64,000 nt of DNA, taken from the sequence record SRR22947727_2045. One strand, written 5' to 3'. Under the pieces are notes generated by a model, which saw only the letters and a list, made by a program, of their open reading frames with translations, did not search any database and had not been told where the DNA came from. The first letter of the stretch is position 1; each line of letters begins with the position of its first letter. Positions 27,930-38,181 of the stretch are shown one piece after another. The position numbers and the translations under genes were made by a program.

Positions 27930-28643
27930 ATGACGGAGAAGCCCGGCGGCCTGAGCGCCCCCAGGGCGCGTGGGCGCGTTCTCGTTGTCGACGACGACGC
28001 TGCCCTCGCTGAGATGCTGGGCATCGTCCTGCGCGGCGAAGGGTTCGATCCCGTTTTCTGCGCCGACGGCAACGCCGCCGTTGACGCCTTCCGAGCGTCG
28101 AAGCCCGATGTCGTCCTGCTTGACCTCATGCTGCCGGGGCGAGATGGAATAGACGTCTGCCGTTCAATTCGTGCCGAATCGGGCACACCGATCGTCATGC
28201 TGACGGCAAAGTCGGACACCATCGACGTCGTCGTAGGGCTGGAGTCCGGGGCCGACGATTACATCGTCAAGCCCTTCAAGCCGAAAGAACTCGTCGCTCG
28301 CATCCGGGCTCGTATTCGTCGCACGGATGACGTCGGATCCCAAGTCCTCACGATTAGTGAATTGTCGATCGATATCGGCGGTCATACGGTGCGGCGGGGT
28401 AGTGAGGTCCTGGCTCTGACGCCGCTGGAGTTCGACCTTCTCGCCTGCCTCGCGAAACGGCCAGGCCAAGTATTTACGCGGGAGGCTCTACTCCAGGAAG
28501 TGTGGGGCTACCGGCACGCGGCCGACACACGATTGGTCAACGTGCACGTCCAGCGCCTGCGGGCCAAGATCGAGCGCGACCCCGAAGCCCCCGAGATCGT
28601 GCTCACCGTGCGGGGAGTCGGATACAAGGCCGGTCCCTCCTGA
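27930..28643 (+). CDS. mtrA: Two-component response regulator MtrA
   Basis: VLVVDDDAALAEML.IVLRGEG, LLDLMLPG, PIVMLTAKSDT and VWGYRHAADTRLVNVHVQRLR motifs. Confidence 0.96.
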   Translation: MTEKPGGLSAPRARGRVLVVDDDAALAEMLGIVLRGEGFDPVFCADGNAAVDAFRASKPDVVLLDLMLPGRDGIDVCRSIRAESGTPIVMLTAKSDTIDVVVGLESGADDYIVKPFKPKELVARIRARIRRTDDVGSQVLTISELSIDIGGHTVRRGSEVLALTPLEFDLLACLAKRPGQVFTREALLQEVWGYRHAADTRLVNVHVQRLRAKIERDPEAPEIVLTVRGVGYKAGPS

Positions 28644-28650
28644 CTTGATC

Positions 28651-30372
28651 ATGGGACGGGTTCTTCTTTTCTTACCTCGAGCCGTCCGGCGTCTGTGGCG
28701 CCGGTCGTTGTTTATCCGTGTCGCGAGTTTGACCCTGGTTCTCTCGATCACTGTCGTCGGCGCCCTGGGTTTCCTTCTGCTGTCGCGTGTCACCACCGGA
28801 CTGTTGGAAGCCAAGGAGCGAAGTGCTGTCAGCGAAGCGTCAGCAGGATTGGGCGAAGCCCAGCGTCTTTTGGACGCGGCGAATACGGGCCCGTCCACCC
28901 CCTCACCGTCGCGCCTGGTCGACACTGTCGTGACGTCACTGGCCACCCGTGCCGGATCACCCGCCACCTTCGACGTGCTGCTGTTGTCGACCTTGCCCGA
29001 CATTGGTGCACCGGAACGTGGAACCAACCTCGTTGCTGTGTCCAGCATTCCGCCCGAACTTCGCGACGCGGTGACGCAGGACCGGCGCCAGTCGTGGACG
29101 TTCTCCGAGATCCGTTTCCTCGACGGTCGAAGCTCGCCCGGATTCGTCGTTGGAGCCCCCTTGAGCATTCCCACGGTGGGGCCGTATGAGCTGTATTACC
29201 TATTTCCTCTCAGCCAGGAGCAGCAAACGCTCGACCTCGTCAGTAGTTCGATCTTGACTGCGGGAATCGTTCTGGTTGGGCTCCTGGGTGTGGTCGCGTG
29301 GATTGTGACGCGGCAAGTCGTCGTGCCGGTTCGCGCGGCGGCTAAGACCGCCGAGCGGCTGTCGTCGGGCAACCTTGACGAGCGTTTGCCCATTCGCCGT
29401 GACGATGACCTCGATCAGTTGGCTCGCTCCTTTAACGCCATGGCCGAAAGCATCGACGCGCAGATCACTCAATTGGAAGAACTCTCCCGGGTGCAGCAGC
29501 GATTCGTATCGGACGTTTCCCACGAGCTGCGCACCCCTTTGACCACGATTCGGATGGCGGCAGACGTCCTCTTCGAGTCACGTCAGTCCTTGACAGCGGA
29601 GACAGCCCGCTCCACTGAATTGCTGCAAAACCAACTGGATCGCTTCGAGGCGTTGCTGAGCGATCTGTTGGAGATTTCGCGGTTCGACGCAGGTGCAGCG
29701 AAACTCGCGAGTGACTCGGTCGACGTCGCCACGTTGGTGCAGCACGTCATCGATGGGACCGAACCCTTGGCGCAAAGTCACAACCTTCGAGTCCGCTTCG
29801 CCTCGTATGAGCGACCGTGCAACGTGGTGTGCGACGCCCGTCGCATCGAAAGAATCATTCGCAATCTGGTGGACAACGCTGTCGAACACGGAAATGAGAA
29901 AGGGGTTCTCGTCGAGCTTGCTGGTGATGACGATGTCGTTAGTTTCACGGTTCGAGACTTCGGAGTGGGCATGCGTCCAGGCGAAGCCTCCTTGGTCTTC
30001 AATCGCTTCTGGCGGGCAGATCCGGCCCGAGCAAGAACAACAGGAGGAACGGGCCTAGGGCTTGCGATCGCATTGGAAGACGCGCACTTGCACGGTGGGT
30101 GGCTGGAGGCATGGGGTGAGCCAGGTATCGGAGCGTGCTTCCGACTGACGCTCCCGCGGGTGGCCGGGGCTGCGGTAACGCACGCCGTTCTTCCCTTATC
30201 CGATGAGGTGTCGGATGACGAGGAGTCATCCGATGCGACCAGAGACGAGTCAGTTAGTTCACGCGAGCACTCTTCGGATCACCCCAGGGGTAGCGGCCCG
30301 AGCGACCCCCCGTCGGCCGACTCCCTGGTGTTCACGGTGCCTATCGACGGCGAGGGTGGATCGGGCAGATGA
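28651..30372 (+). CDS. mtrB: Sensor histidine kinase MtrB
   Basis: Two TM helices, HAMP domain, FVSDVSHELRTPLTT and RFWRADPARARTTGGTGLGL motifs. Confidence 0.95.
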   Translation: MGRVLLFLPRAVRRLWRRSLFIRVASLTLVLSITVVGALGFLLLSRVTTGLLEAKERSAVSEASAGLGEAQRLLDAANTGPSTPSPSRLVDTVVTSLATRAGSPATFDVLLLSTLPDIGAPERGTNLVAVSSIPPELRDAVTQDRRQSWTFSEIRFLDGRSSPGFVVGAPLSIPTVGPYELYYLFPLSQEQQTLDLVSSSILTAGIVLVGLLGVVAWIVTRQVVVPVRAAAKTAERLSSGNLDERLPIRRDDDLDQLARSFNAMAESIDAQITQLEELSRVQQRFVSDVSHELRTPLTTIRMAADVLFESRQSLTAETARSTELLQNQLDRFEALLSDLLEISRFDAGAAKLASDSVDVATLVQHVIDGTEPLAQSHNLRVRFASYERPCNVVCDARRIERIIRNLVDNAVEHGNEKGVLVELAGDDDVVSFTVRDFGVGMRPGEASLVFNRFWRADPARARTTGGTGLGLAIALEDAHLHGGWLEAWGEPGIGACFRLTLPRVAGAAVTHAVLPLSDEVSDDEESSDATRDESVSSREHSSDHPRGSGPSDPPSADSLVFTVPIDGEGGSGR

Positions 30373-32087
30373 AGAAGATCCTGTTCTTGCTGGTGTCGTC
30401 CCTGCTGGTGACGGCGTGCGGAAACGTGCCTCAAGCCTTCACTGCTCAGGTCCCCACCAGTGGTCCGATTCAACAAGGCGAACAGGTGTCGGGAAGTAAC
30501 GTCGATCAGTTCATCCGCGTCATCGCTCGGCCACCTCGCTCAGACATGACAGCAATCGAAGTTGTGCAAGGTTTCCTTGACGCGAGCGCGTCTTTTGCTG
30601 ACGATCATGCTGTTGCGCGCGAATACCTCACGCGACCGGCGAGTGAGCAGTGGGACGCGACATCGAAGGTAGTCGTGTACGAAGGCGCTCCGCTCTTCGC
30701 AGAGTCGGGACTGAATGTTCAGTTTGATGCGGCGCAAGCAGGTGCTATCGGACCGGACGGTCGTTATCAGGTAGGCCAGCCGGGCGCCGGGTTCACCACG
30801 ACTTTTCGTGTGATCAGCACCGATGAGGGATTGCGAATCGATCAGTTGCCCGATGGTCTGGTGCTCTCACAGACGGACGTCGATCGGGCGTTCCGGTCCT
30901 ACGCTTTGTACTTCTTCGACCCATCGTTCGAGATCCTGGTGCCCGATTCACGGATGATCCCGGTCGTTGGCCCTGGACTGGCGACAACGTTGGTGCGCCG
31001 TCTCTTGGAAGGGCCAAATGAGTGGCTCAGGCCCGCGGTGCGCACGGGCTTTCCTGCCGGAGTAGGCCTGAACATCGATGCTGTCCTGGTCGAGGCTGGT
31101 ATCGCGCAGGTCGATCTGGATGCTTCGGCGCAGTTGGCAGATGACGCCTCTCGCAAGGCTCTATCCCAGCAACTGGTCTGGACGTTGAAGCAACTCCCGG
31201 ATGTGCAGGCGGTCAATCTGACCTCAGCTGGCCAAGTGCTCTTTGCTCCCGGCGTTACCAATCCGCAGCCACGAGACGCCTGGCCGGGTGTCGACCCGTC
31301 GGGCTTGGATGATGACGCAGCCGGGTACGTGGCGTCCACGATCGGTGTCCGGGAACTTGTCGAGGGCGGAACCCGGCCCGTGGATGGTCAGGCGGGTACT
31401 CGAGAGCCTCTGCTGGCCAACATCGCAATTGCCGAGTCAGGAGCACGTATTGCCGGAATCGACGTCGACGGTGTGACGTGGTCCGGAGCCTTGGTGCCGG
31501 ATGCGAGCCTGTTCTCCCTTCCTGCGGTCAACGAGCCCGTGGGATTAGCGTTCGACGGCGTCGATGATCTCTGGATCGTCGATCTCGCTGGGAATCTGAC
31601 TCTCTATTCGCCGACGGGGCGTTCGTTCCCGATCGAGGTAGAAGGCCTGGCCAGCGGCGATGTTGTACGGGCGGCGATTCCCTCCCGTGACGGAACACGA
31701 GCAGCCCTGCTCGTGGAATCTGGTCCGCGAACCAATCTGCTCCTGAGTCGTATCGTCCGAACCTCGCCCACCGGCCGGGTTGGAATCGAAGTACAAGAGC
31801 CCATTCGGGTGGAGTCGAAGCTCGTGGAGGTAGTGGACGTTGCGTGGTCGAGCGCTGACTCGCTGGCCGTTTTCGGAAGTGAGAGTGTGGGAACCCTGCA
31901 GGTGATTGATGTGAGCATCGGTCGGGGGGCACTTTTCACTCAGGGTGCGCCGGAAGGTCCGGTGTCACTCGCGGCGGCCCCGGGTCTTCCCACGTTGGTC
32001 GCAGCGGCCGACGGCGTCATATACGACAACACGTCAGGAACGTGGTCGGGGCGCGTTAATGCCGCGTCACCGGCATATCCGAGCTGA
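30369..32087 (+). CDS. lpqB: Lipoprotein LpqB (GerMN and beta-propeller domains)
   Basis: Lipobox VTAC; LLEGP.EWL and QLVWTL motifs. Third gene of the mtrAB operon. Confidence 0.9.
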   Translation: MKKILFLLVSSLLVTACGNVPQAFTAQVPTSGPIQQGEQVSGSNVDQFIRVIARPPRSDMTAIEVVQGFLDASASFADDHAVAREYLTRPASEQWDATSKVVVYEGAPLFAESGLNVQFDAAQAGAIGPDGRYQVGQPGAGFTTTFRVISTDEGLRIDQLPDGLVLSQTDVDRAFRSYALYFFDPSFEILVPDSRMIPVVGPGLATTLVRRLLEGPNEWLRPAVRTGFPAGVGLNIDAVLVEAGIAQVDLDASAQLADDASRKALSQQLVWTLKQLPDVQAVNLTSAGQVLFAPGVTNPQPRDAWPGVDPSGLDDDAAGYVASTIGVRELVEGGTRPVDGQAGTREPLLANIAIAESGARIAGIDVDGVTWSGALVPDASLFSLPAVNEPVGLAFDGVDDLWIVDLAGNLTLYSPTGRSFPIEVEGLASGDVVRAAIPSRDGTRAALLVESGPRTNLLLSRIVRTSPTGRVGIEVQEPIRVESKLVEVVDVAWSSADSLAVFGSESVGTLQVIDVSIGRGALFTQGAPEGPVSLAAAPGLPTLVAAADGVIYDNTSGTWSGRVNAASPAYPS

Positions 32088-32094
32088 ACACGCT

Positions 32095-32769
32095 TTAGGG
32101 AGTACCGGCGATGGTTGCGACGGCAACGACTTCCATTCCTGCAAGCACGAGGGCGGCTGTTGCCTCGCGAGCGGTTGCCCCGGTCGTGACTATGTCGTCG
32201 ATCAGGATGGCGGGAGTTCCTGGTGAAGGGATAATTCGCTTCACGGCAAAAGCCTCTCGAACGCGCGCGTAACGGTCTTCCGCATTCAAGTACTTGCTGC
32301 CCGGATCACTGCGCGTGTCACGAAGCACTTGACGTGTTCGATACTGGCTATCGGATCGAGCGACGGCCGTACCGAGAAGTTCCACATGATCGAATCCCCG
32401 GCGACGCCGACTTGACCGGCGCGTAGGCACGGGAATAAGGGCTGGCACCTGATTGGTGCGTGGGCATGTGACGAGAGCGTGTTCGATAGAAGCGAGAAGT
32501 GCTGGCGCGAGCCACGATGCGAGGCTTCGCTGGCCTTCATCTTTGAAGGCGTTCAACATTTGCCGAACCGGTCCGCGATAGTCCAGGGAGCAGACGAGTG
32601 GAACTCGCAGACCCGTGACGAGATCACCGACATCGAGAGAGCGTCGGAAGCGAGGGCGCGGCTGGAGGAAAGCCGCGCACTCATCGCACATCATCGACCC
32701 AGAGTGACCGCACCCCGCACATACGCGGGCCAAGATCAGATCCAACACGGTGCTCGTCAGCGAATGCAC
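32095..32769 (-). CDS. comF: ComF family phosphoribosyltransferase-like protein
   Basis: CAGC..C..C zinc finger; IPVP, RRRGFDH and LIDDIVTTGAT motifs. Confidence 0.88.
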   Translation of the reverse strand: MHSLTSTVLDLILARVCAGCGHSGSMMCDECAAFLQPRPRFRRSLDVGDLVTGLRVPLVCSLDYRGPVRQMLNAFKDEGQRSLASWLAPALLASIEHALVTCPRTNQVPALIPVPTRRSSRRRRGFDHVELLGTAVARSDSQYRTRQVLRDTRSDPGSKYLNAEDRYARVREAFAVKRIIPSPGTPAILIDDIVTTGATAREATAALVLAGMEVVAVATIAGTP

Positions 32770-32868
32770 GCGTCGAGATTGCACTCTCGGGAGCTGATGG
32801 CGAATCTTGCAACGATGCGTGGGGATGTTGGAACCGCAGGGTGTGGACGAGCGGTGACGCGCGGGCTG

Positions 32869-33531
32869 CTACTCCGGTGACGACAGGCTGACAAGACCTG
32901 ACTGGAGGGCAATGACGAGAGCCGCGGTTCGTGAGGTGGCCCTGAGTGCATCCAGGATTGCTCGAACATGATTCTTGACTGTGTTCTCGGAAATCCCCAA
33001 CGATTGAGCAATCTGACTGTTGGTGTACCCGCGAGCGATAAGTGTCAAAACACTGCTCTCTCGGGCGGTCAGCGGGCGAAAGTCACGCTGCTGCGCATCG
33101 TTGGCGATCGCATCGGCGAACCAGGCGTTCTGGGGCCCCGTCTCGCCGTCCCATGCGTTTCGGTGTGGCAGGGAGTGAACCCGAAACCCCCCTCCATCGA
33201 CGATCGAGCGGAGTGTGGGATCCAGCGGCCCCATCCAGGTGATCACCGAGATCCCCAGTGCTGAGAAGGCCCACTGACAACTCAAACGGACCGCCATCGA
33301 CAAGGTTGCCACGAGTGCTGAATCCACGGGAGCATCTACCTGGACGTGGAGCCGCGCCCGGGACCAGGGACCGGCGTGCGGCGCCGGGGACTCCTGTCCG
33401 AGGGTCAGCCGTCCCAGGAGGGGAGAGCCGCCCACACGCTGGACGCTCCAGGTGACGGAGTCCTCGTCGCCAGGTTCGGGATCGAGTTGGATCTGCCCAT
33501 CGCTGAGAGTGACGGGTGTGACGGATGCCAT
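32869..33531 (-). CDS. LuxR-type HTH regulator with degenerate GNAT-like N-terminal domain
   Basis: C-terminal [35 protein letters not shown]. The N-terminus has RimJ/L-like [12 protein letters not shown] and GFR segments and no receiver-domain motifs. Confidence 0.75.
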   Translation of the reverse strand: MASVTPVTLSDGQIQLDPEPGDEDSVTWSVQRVGGSPLLGRLTLGQESPAPHAGPWSRARLHVQVDAPVDSALVATLSMAVRLSCQWAFSALGISVITWMGPLDPTLRSIVDGGGFRVHSLPHRNAWDGETGPQNAWFADAIANDAQQRDFRPLTARESSVLTLIARGYTNSQIAQSLGISENTVKNHVRAILDALRATSRTAALVIALQSGLVSLSSPE

Positions 33532-33669
33532 GCGGACCAGTCTTCCAGTGGCAACTACGATGTTCTGACGGCGCCGCGGCTTACGCGGCAGAGTCATGAC
33601 AGGCAAGTGCGGGACGGAAGAGCCCGCAAACCAGGCCGCGGCAACGCAGCAGTACGGGAAGGTCGCAAC

Positions 33670-36501
33670 GTGGGAGTGCTGGACAAGATCCTGCGCGCGG
33701 GAGAGGGCAAGACCCTTCGGAAGTTGGAATCGATCGCGAAGGCCGTCAATTCCATCGAAGAGGACTACACGTCTTTGTCTGATGACGAGTTACGCGGGCT
33801 CACCGATGAGTTTAAGGCACGCTACGCCGAAGGGGAGAGCCTCGACGATCTGATGCCCGAGGCGTTCGCAACCGTACGCGAAGCGGCCCAGCGAACGTTG
33901 GGTCAGCGTCACTACGACGTTCAGATCATGGGGGGTGCAGCCCTGCATCTCGGCAACATCGCAGAGATGCGCACCGGCGAAGGCAAGACGCTTGTTGCCA
34001 CCCTCCCGTCGTACCTGAACGCGTTGTCCGGGGACGGGGTCCACGTCGTGACGGTCAACGACTACCTGGCAGAACGTGACTCAGAGTGGATGGGGCGCAT
34101 TCACCGATTCTTGGGCCTAGAAGTGGGTGTCATCGTCAGCCAGATGAGCCCGACGCAACGCCGCGCCGCGTATGCCGCGGACATCACGTATGGGACCAAC
34201 AACGAGTTTGGGTTCGACTACCTCCGCGACAATATGGCGTGGTCCCAGGCTGAGATGGTTCAGCGAGGCCACAATTTTGCCGTTGTTGACGAGGTTGACT
34301 CGATCCTGGTCGACGAGGCCCGAACGCCGCTGATCATTAGTGGCCCGGCTGATCAACCGACCGCCTGGTACTCGGAGTTTGCCCGCATCGTGCAGACTCT
34401 CAAGCTAGACGAGGACTACGAGGTCGACGAGAAGAAGCGCACGATCGGCGTTCTTGAGAATGCAATCGACAAAGTCGAGGATCAGCTCGGTATCGATAAC
34501 CTCTATGACACGGTCAATACTCCGCTTGTCGGCTTCCTCAACAACGCGATTCGAGCGAAAGAGTTGTTCAAGAAGGATCGTGATTACGTGCTGCTCGATG
34601 GCGGAGTCGTTATCGTCGATGAGCACACTGGTCGCATTCTCAAGGGGCGTCGTTACAACGAGGGTCTACACCAAGCGATCGAGGCCAAAGAAGGTGTGGA
34701 GATCAAGGCGGAGAATCAGACTCTTGCCACCGTGACATTGCAGAACTTCTTCCGCCTCTACAACAAGTTGTCGGGCATGACCGGTACGGCGATGACAGAA
34801 GCAGCGGAGTTCAATCAGATCTACGACCTTGGAGTCGTCCCCATTCCGACGAATCGCGCGATGGTCCGTATAGACCAGCCAGATCTGGTGTACCGAACGG
34901 CGAATGCGAAGTTCGACTCGGTCGTCGAAGACGTGGTCGAGCGGCACGCGAAGGGTCAACCGGTCTTGATCGGAACAACCAGTGTGGAGAAGTCCGAGCA
35001 CCTGTCCAATGAATTGAAGAAGAACGGCGTTCCGCACGAGGTCCTGAACGCCAAGAACCACGAGCGTGAAGCGGCGATCGTGGCTCAAGCTGGCCGAAAG
35101 GGCGCGGTCACCGTTGCTACCAACATGGCGGGCCGTGGTACGGACATCATGCTTGGCGGGAACCCCGAGTTCATGGCGTCAGCGCAACTCGCCCAGAAGG
35201 GCTTGTCAGCGGTCGATGATTCCGATGCCTACGAAGTTGCCTGGCCCGAGGCGTTGGCAAGCGCCCAGAGGGCTGTCCAGGCTGAGCACGACGAAGTGAT
35301 CGAGCTCGGCGGGCTCTATGTTCTGGCCACCGAGCGCCATGAATCTCGACGTATCGACAACCAGCTGCGTGGCCGCTCGGGTCGACAGGGCGACCCGGGT
35401 GAGTCGCAGTTCTACTTGTCGCTGGAAGACGATCTGATGCGCTTGTTCAAGGCCGACATGGTCGATTCCTTTCTGCGTCGCTTCAACGTCCCTGACGACG
35501 TACCCATCGAAGCCAAGATGGTGACGAACGCGATCCGATCCGCCCAGTCGCAGGTTGAATCGCAGAACTTCGAAATCCGCAAAGACGTTCTTAAGTACGA
35601 CGATGTCCTCAATCGCCAGCGTCTGGTCATCTACGGGGAGCGCAAGAGAGTGCTCCACGGCGAAGACATCGAAGACCAGATCCGCTCTTTCCTTGGCGAC
35701 ACGGTCAACAGTTACGTCTCGCAGGCTACGGCCGAGGGTTATCCCGAGGATTGGGATTTCGAGCAACTGTGGACGGCTCTCGAGCAGCTGTATCCGGTGT
35801 CGGTGACCGTAGAGCAGGTAGAAGAGGATTCGGGTGGCGGCCGCGCCGGAATCAGTTCGGAATTCCTCGCGGAGACTCTCGTCGCTGACGCGCAAGCAGC
35901 CTACGGTCGACGGGAAGTAGAACTAGGGGAAGAAGTCACCCGGGAATTGGAGCGCAAGGTCATTTTGACCGTGCTCGATCGCAAATGGCGTGAGCACTTG
36001 TACGAGATGGATTACCTCCGCGATGGCATTGGCCTCAGGGCAATGGCGCAACGTGATCCGCTAGTGGAATATCAGCGTGAAGGATTCGATCTCTTCACCG
36101 CCATGATGGATGGCATCAAGGAGGAAACGGTCGGTTACGCCTTCAACGTCGAGGTCGAGGTCAAGCCCCAGGTCGCGCCGGAAGTCGCGGAGCAGATCGA
36201 GGTGCTGGCCGACGCGAGTGAGAGTGAGGCTGGAGCTGCGGTAGCCGCTGCGGTTTCTGCTGGAGGGACGCAGTCGCAGGAAGCACACGAAGGCCCGACG
36301 ATCGAGGCTGCAGGGTTGGGTCCCTCGAGACCTGACCATATGGAGTACTCCGCGCCCGATGAATCCGGCGGAATCATGCATGGAGAGATGGACGCTGACG
36401 AGGACGGCATCGCGGAGGTGGACCCGAACGCCTCTCGTGCCGAGCGGCGCCGTGCGGAGCGGAGCAATCGCAAGAACACTTCGAAAAAGAAGCGTCGCTG
36501 A
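33670..36501 (+). CDS. secA: Preprotein translocase subunit SecA
   Basis: [40 protein letters not shown] and [22 protein letters not shown] motifs. Confidence 0.98.
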   Translation: MGVLDKILRAGEGKTLRKLESIAKAVNSIEEDYTSLSDDELRGLTDEFKARYAEGESLDDLMPEAFATVREAAQRTLGQRHYDVQIMGGAALHLGNIAEMRTGEGKTLVATLPSYLNALSGDGVHVVTVNDYLAERDSEWMGRIHRFLGLEVGVIVSQMSPTQRRAAYAADITYGTNNEFGFDYLRDNMAWSQAEMVQRGHNFAVVDEVDSILVDEARTPLIISGPADQPTAWYSEFARIVQTLKLDEDYEVDEKKRTIGVLENAIDKVEDQLGIDNLYDTVNTPLVGFLNNAIRAKELFKKDRDYVLLDGGVVIVDEHTGRILKGRRYNEGLHQAIEAKEGVEIKAENQTLATVTLQNFFRLYNKLSGMTGTAMTEAAEFNQIYDLGVVPIPTNRAMVRIDQPDLVYRTANAKFDSVVEDVVERHAKGQPVLIGTTSVEKSEHLSNELKKNGVPHEVLNAKNHEREAAIVAQAGRKGAVTVATNMAGRGTDIMLGGNPEFMASAQLAQKGLSAVDDSDAYEVAWPEALASAQRAVQAEHDEVIELGGLYVLATERHESRRIDNQLRGRSGRQGDPGESQFYLSLEDDLMRLFKADMVDSFLRRFNVPDDVPIEAKMVTNAIRSAQSQVESQNFEIRKDVLKYDDVLNRQRLVIYGERKRVLHGEDIEDQIRSFLGDTVNSYVSQATAEGYPEDWDFEQLWTALEQLYPVSVTVEQVEEDSGGGRAGISSEFLAETLVADAQAAYGRREVELGEEVTRELERKVILTVLDRKWREHLYEMDYLRDGIGLRAMAQRDPLVEYQREGFDLFTAMMDGIKEETVGYAFNVEVEVKPQVAPEVAEQIEVLADASESEAGAAVAAAVSAGGTQSQEAHEGPTIEAAGLGPSRPDHMEYSAPDESGGIMHGEMDADEDGIAEVDPNASRAERRRAERSNRKNTSKKKRR

Positions 36502-36508
36502 ACCGTTC

Positions 36509-36640
36509 TCAGCGAAAATCGATGGCTGTGACCAGCCAGGCTCCGGGCCGAGACTCCATCCGCAGGGCGACTGCATGCGATCGTGCCGCACCGACGACGA
36601 CGGCAGATGCTTCGATCGTTCCGGGGAGACAGCTATCGAC
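36509..36640 (-). pseudogene. C-terminal remnant of an Rv3235-family gene
   Basis: Translates VDSCLPGTIEASAVVVGAARSHAVALRMESRPGAWLVTAIDFR*. An in-frame TGA lies immediately upstream and there is no start codon. Convergent on secA, the usual position for this family. Confidence 0.6.
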
Positions 36641-36726
36641 TCACTCCGCCCGGGCTGATTGATGGATGCTTCCACCATCCCTAGAGCGGGCATGTAACAC
36701 TTGTGGGTACTTGGGAAGGGGTCAGG

Positions 36727-38181
36727 GTGGATCGTCTGGACGCGACAGACAGCGCGTTGTGGTTTGCCGAGAACACCTCTACGCCCCGGAACGTTGGCGG
36801 AGTCGCCATCTTTCGGCCACCGGAGGGCGGGTTTGATCACGAGCGACTTGTTCGCCTGATCCGCAATCGCATCGCGCACGTTCCCCGATATCGGCAGCGG
36901 ATCCGCGAGGTGCCGTGGGGGCTATCGCGCCCCGTGTGGGTCGACGATGCCGCATTCGATGTCGCGTACCACGTGCGACGTTCCGCGCTACCGAATCCGG
37001 GTACGCGCGACCAATTGGATGAGTTGGTTGCACGGCTGATGGCTCGTCCGCTTGACCGGTCGCGACCCCTGTGGGAGATGTACCTGATCGAAGGTTTGGA
37101 GAACAGGAACTTCGCCGTTGTGACGAAGAGCCACCAAGTTCTTGTGGATGGGACCGGCGCCATCGATATCACCCAGGTGATGCTCGATTCGCATGCTGAA
37201 GTCCCCGACGACACCCCGGATGTGTGGAATCCTCGACCGGAGCCGTCGGATCCGGAGTTGATCGGATCTGCTCTGTCCAGTGTTTTGACGCGTCCGACGG
37301 TCGCGTGGGATGTCCTCAACACCGGTGTTCGTGATGTTGGTGCCGCTGCTGAGGCTGTGGCGATCTGGGTGAAAGACACGAGCGTGGGTCTAGCCAAGTC
37401 TGCCGTCTCCATGATCCGTTCGCCGATTGAGAGCCCCTTGAACACACGCATCGGCGCTCAACGGCGATTCGCGAGGACAGAACTCTCCCTGGAAGACCTT
37501 CAAGAGGTTCACGGAACGAGCGTGGGAACGGTGAATGACGTCGTCTTGACCGTTGTCACCGGGGCTCTGCGTGAGTGGTTGATGAATCGCGGACGCGTGC
37601 TCGATGCGTCCGCAACTCTGAGAGCTCTGGTCCCGGTGAGTATTCAGTCCGAGGGCACATCCCGGCGAGAAACGAACGTTGCCAGCCAGGTGGGAGCGTT
37701 CTTGATCGACCTTCCCGTTGGCGAGGCCGACCCGATCGTGCGACTGCACCAGATCGCTTTTCACATGCGGGACCTGGGGAACACCGAGCGCTTGGTGGGC
37801 GCCCGTGCGCTCGCCGGCATTGCGGGGTTTGGGCCGCCCACACTCCACGCCCTCGGCGCCCGGGTGGGCGCTTCTTTGTCCAATCGCGCCTACAACGTTG
37901 CGATCACCAATGTTCCTGGCCCGCAGCGTCCTTTGTATGCGGCCGGAAGCGAAATGATCTCGGCCTACCCGTTCTCTCCGCTTGTGCAGGGACAGGCGCT
38001 CGGTATCGGCTTGACTTCGTATCAGGGGTCGATGTTTGTTGGGCTTACCGCAGACCGAGATGCTCTGGCCGACGTCAGTGTGATCATTGACGGGCTGGCA
38101 GATGCATTGTCTGAACTCAAGGAAGCCGCGTCTAAGGAGTCGGGACTTCGCATCATCCCGGGTAGGGCTGACGCAGTATGA
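36727..38181 (+). CDS. Wax ester/triacylglycerol synthase family O-acyltransferase
   Basis: PRYRQ, W.DD..FD..YHVR, LDRSRPLWEMY, KSHQVLVDG and TNVPGP motifs. Confidence 0.92.
   Translation: MDRLDATDSALWFAENTSTPRNVGGVAIFRPPEGGFDHERLVRLIRNRIAHVPRYRQRIREVPWGLSRPVWVDDAAFDVAYHVRRSALPNPGTRDQLDELVARLMARPLDRSRPLWEMYLIEGLENRNFAVVTKSHQVLVDGTGAIDITQVMLDSHAEVPDDTPDVWNPRPEPSDPELIGSALSSVLTRPTVAWDVLNTGVRDVGAAAEAVAIWVKDTSVGLAKSAVSMIRSPIESPLNTRIGAQRRFARTELSLEDLQEVHGTSVGTVNDVVLTVVTGALREWLMNRGRVLDASATLRALVPVSIQSEGTSRRETNVASQVGAFLIDLPVGEADPIVRLHQIAFHMRDLGNTERLVGARALAGIAGFGPPTLHALGARVGASLSNRAYNVAITNVPGPQRPLYAAGSEMISAYPFSPLVQGQALGIGLTSYQGSMFVGLTADRDALADVSVIIDGLADALSELKEAASKESGLRIIPGRADAV

Noticed and set aside
33346..33669. 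Long N-terminal extensions in the ORF track (secA, fbiB, fabH, pxpC, aceE, fbiA)
   Set aside because: They overlap neighbouring genes or leaders; downstream starts match family N-termini and RBS or overlap signals.
36400..36501. SecA lacks the C-terminal zinc-binding SEC-C motif
   Set aside because: A basic, cysteine-free tail is common in actinobacterial SecA, so not novel.
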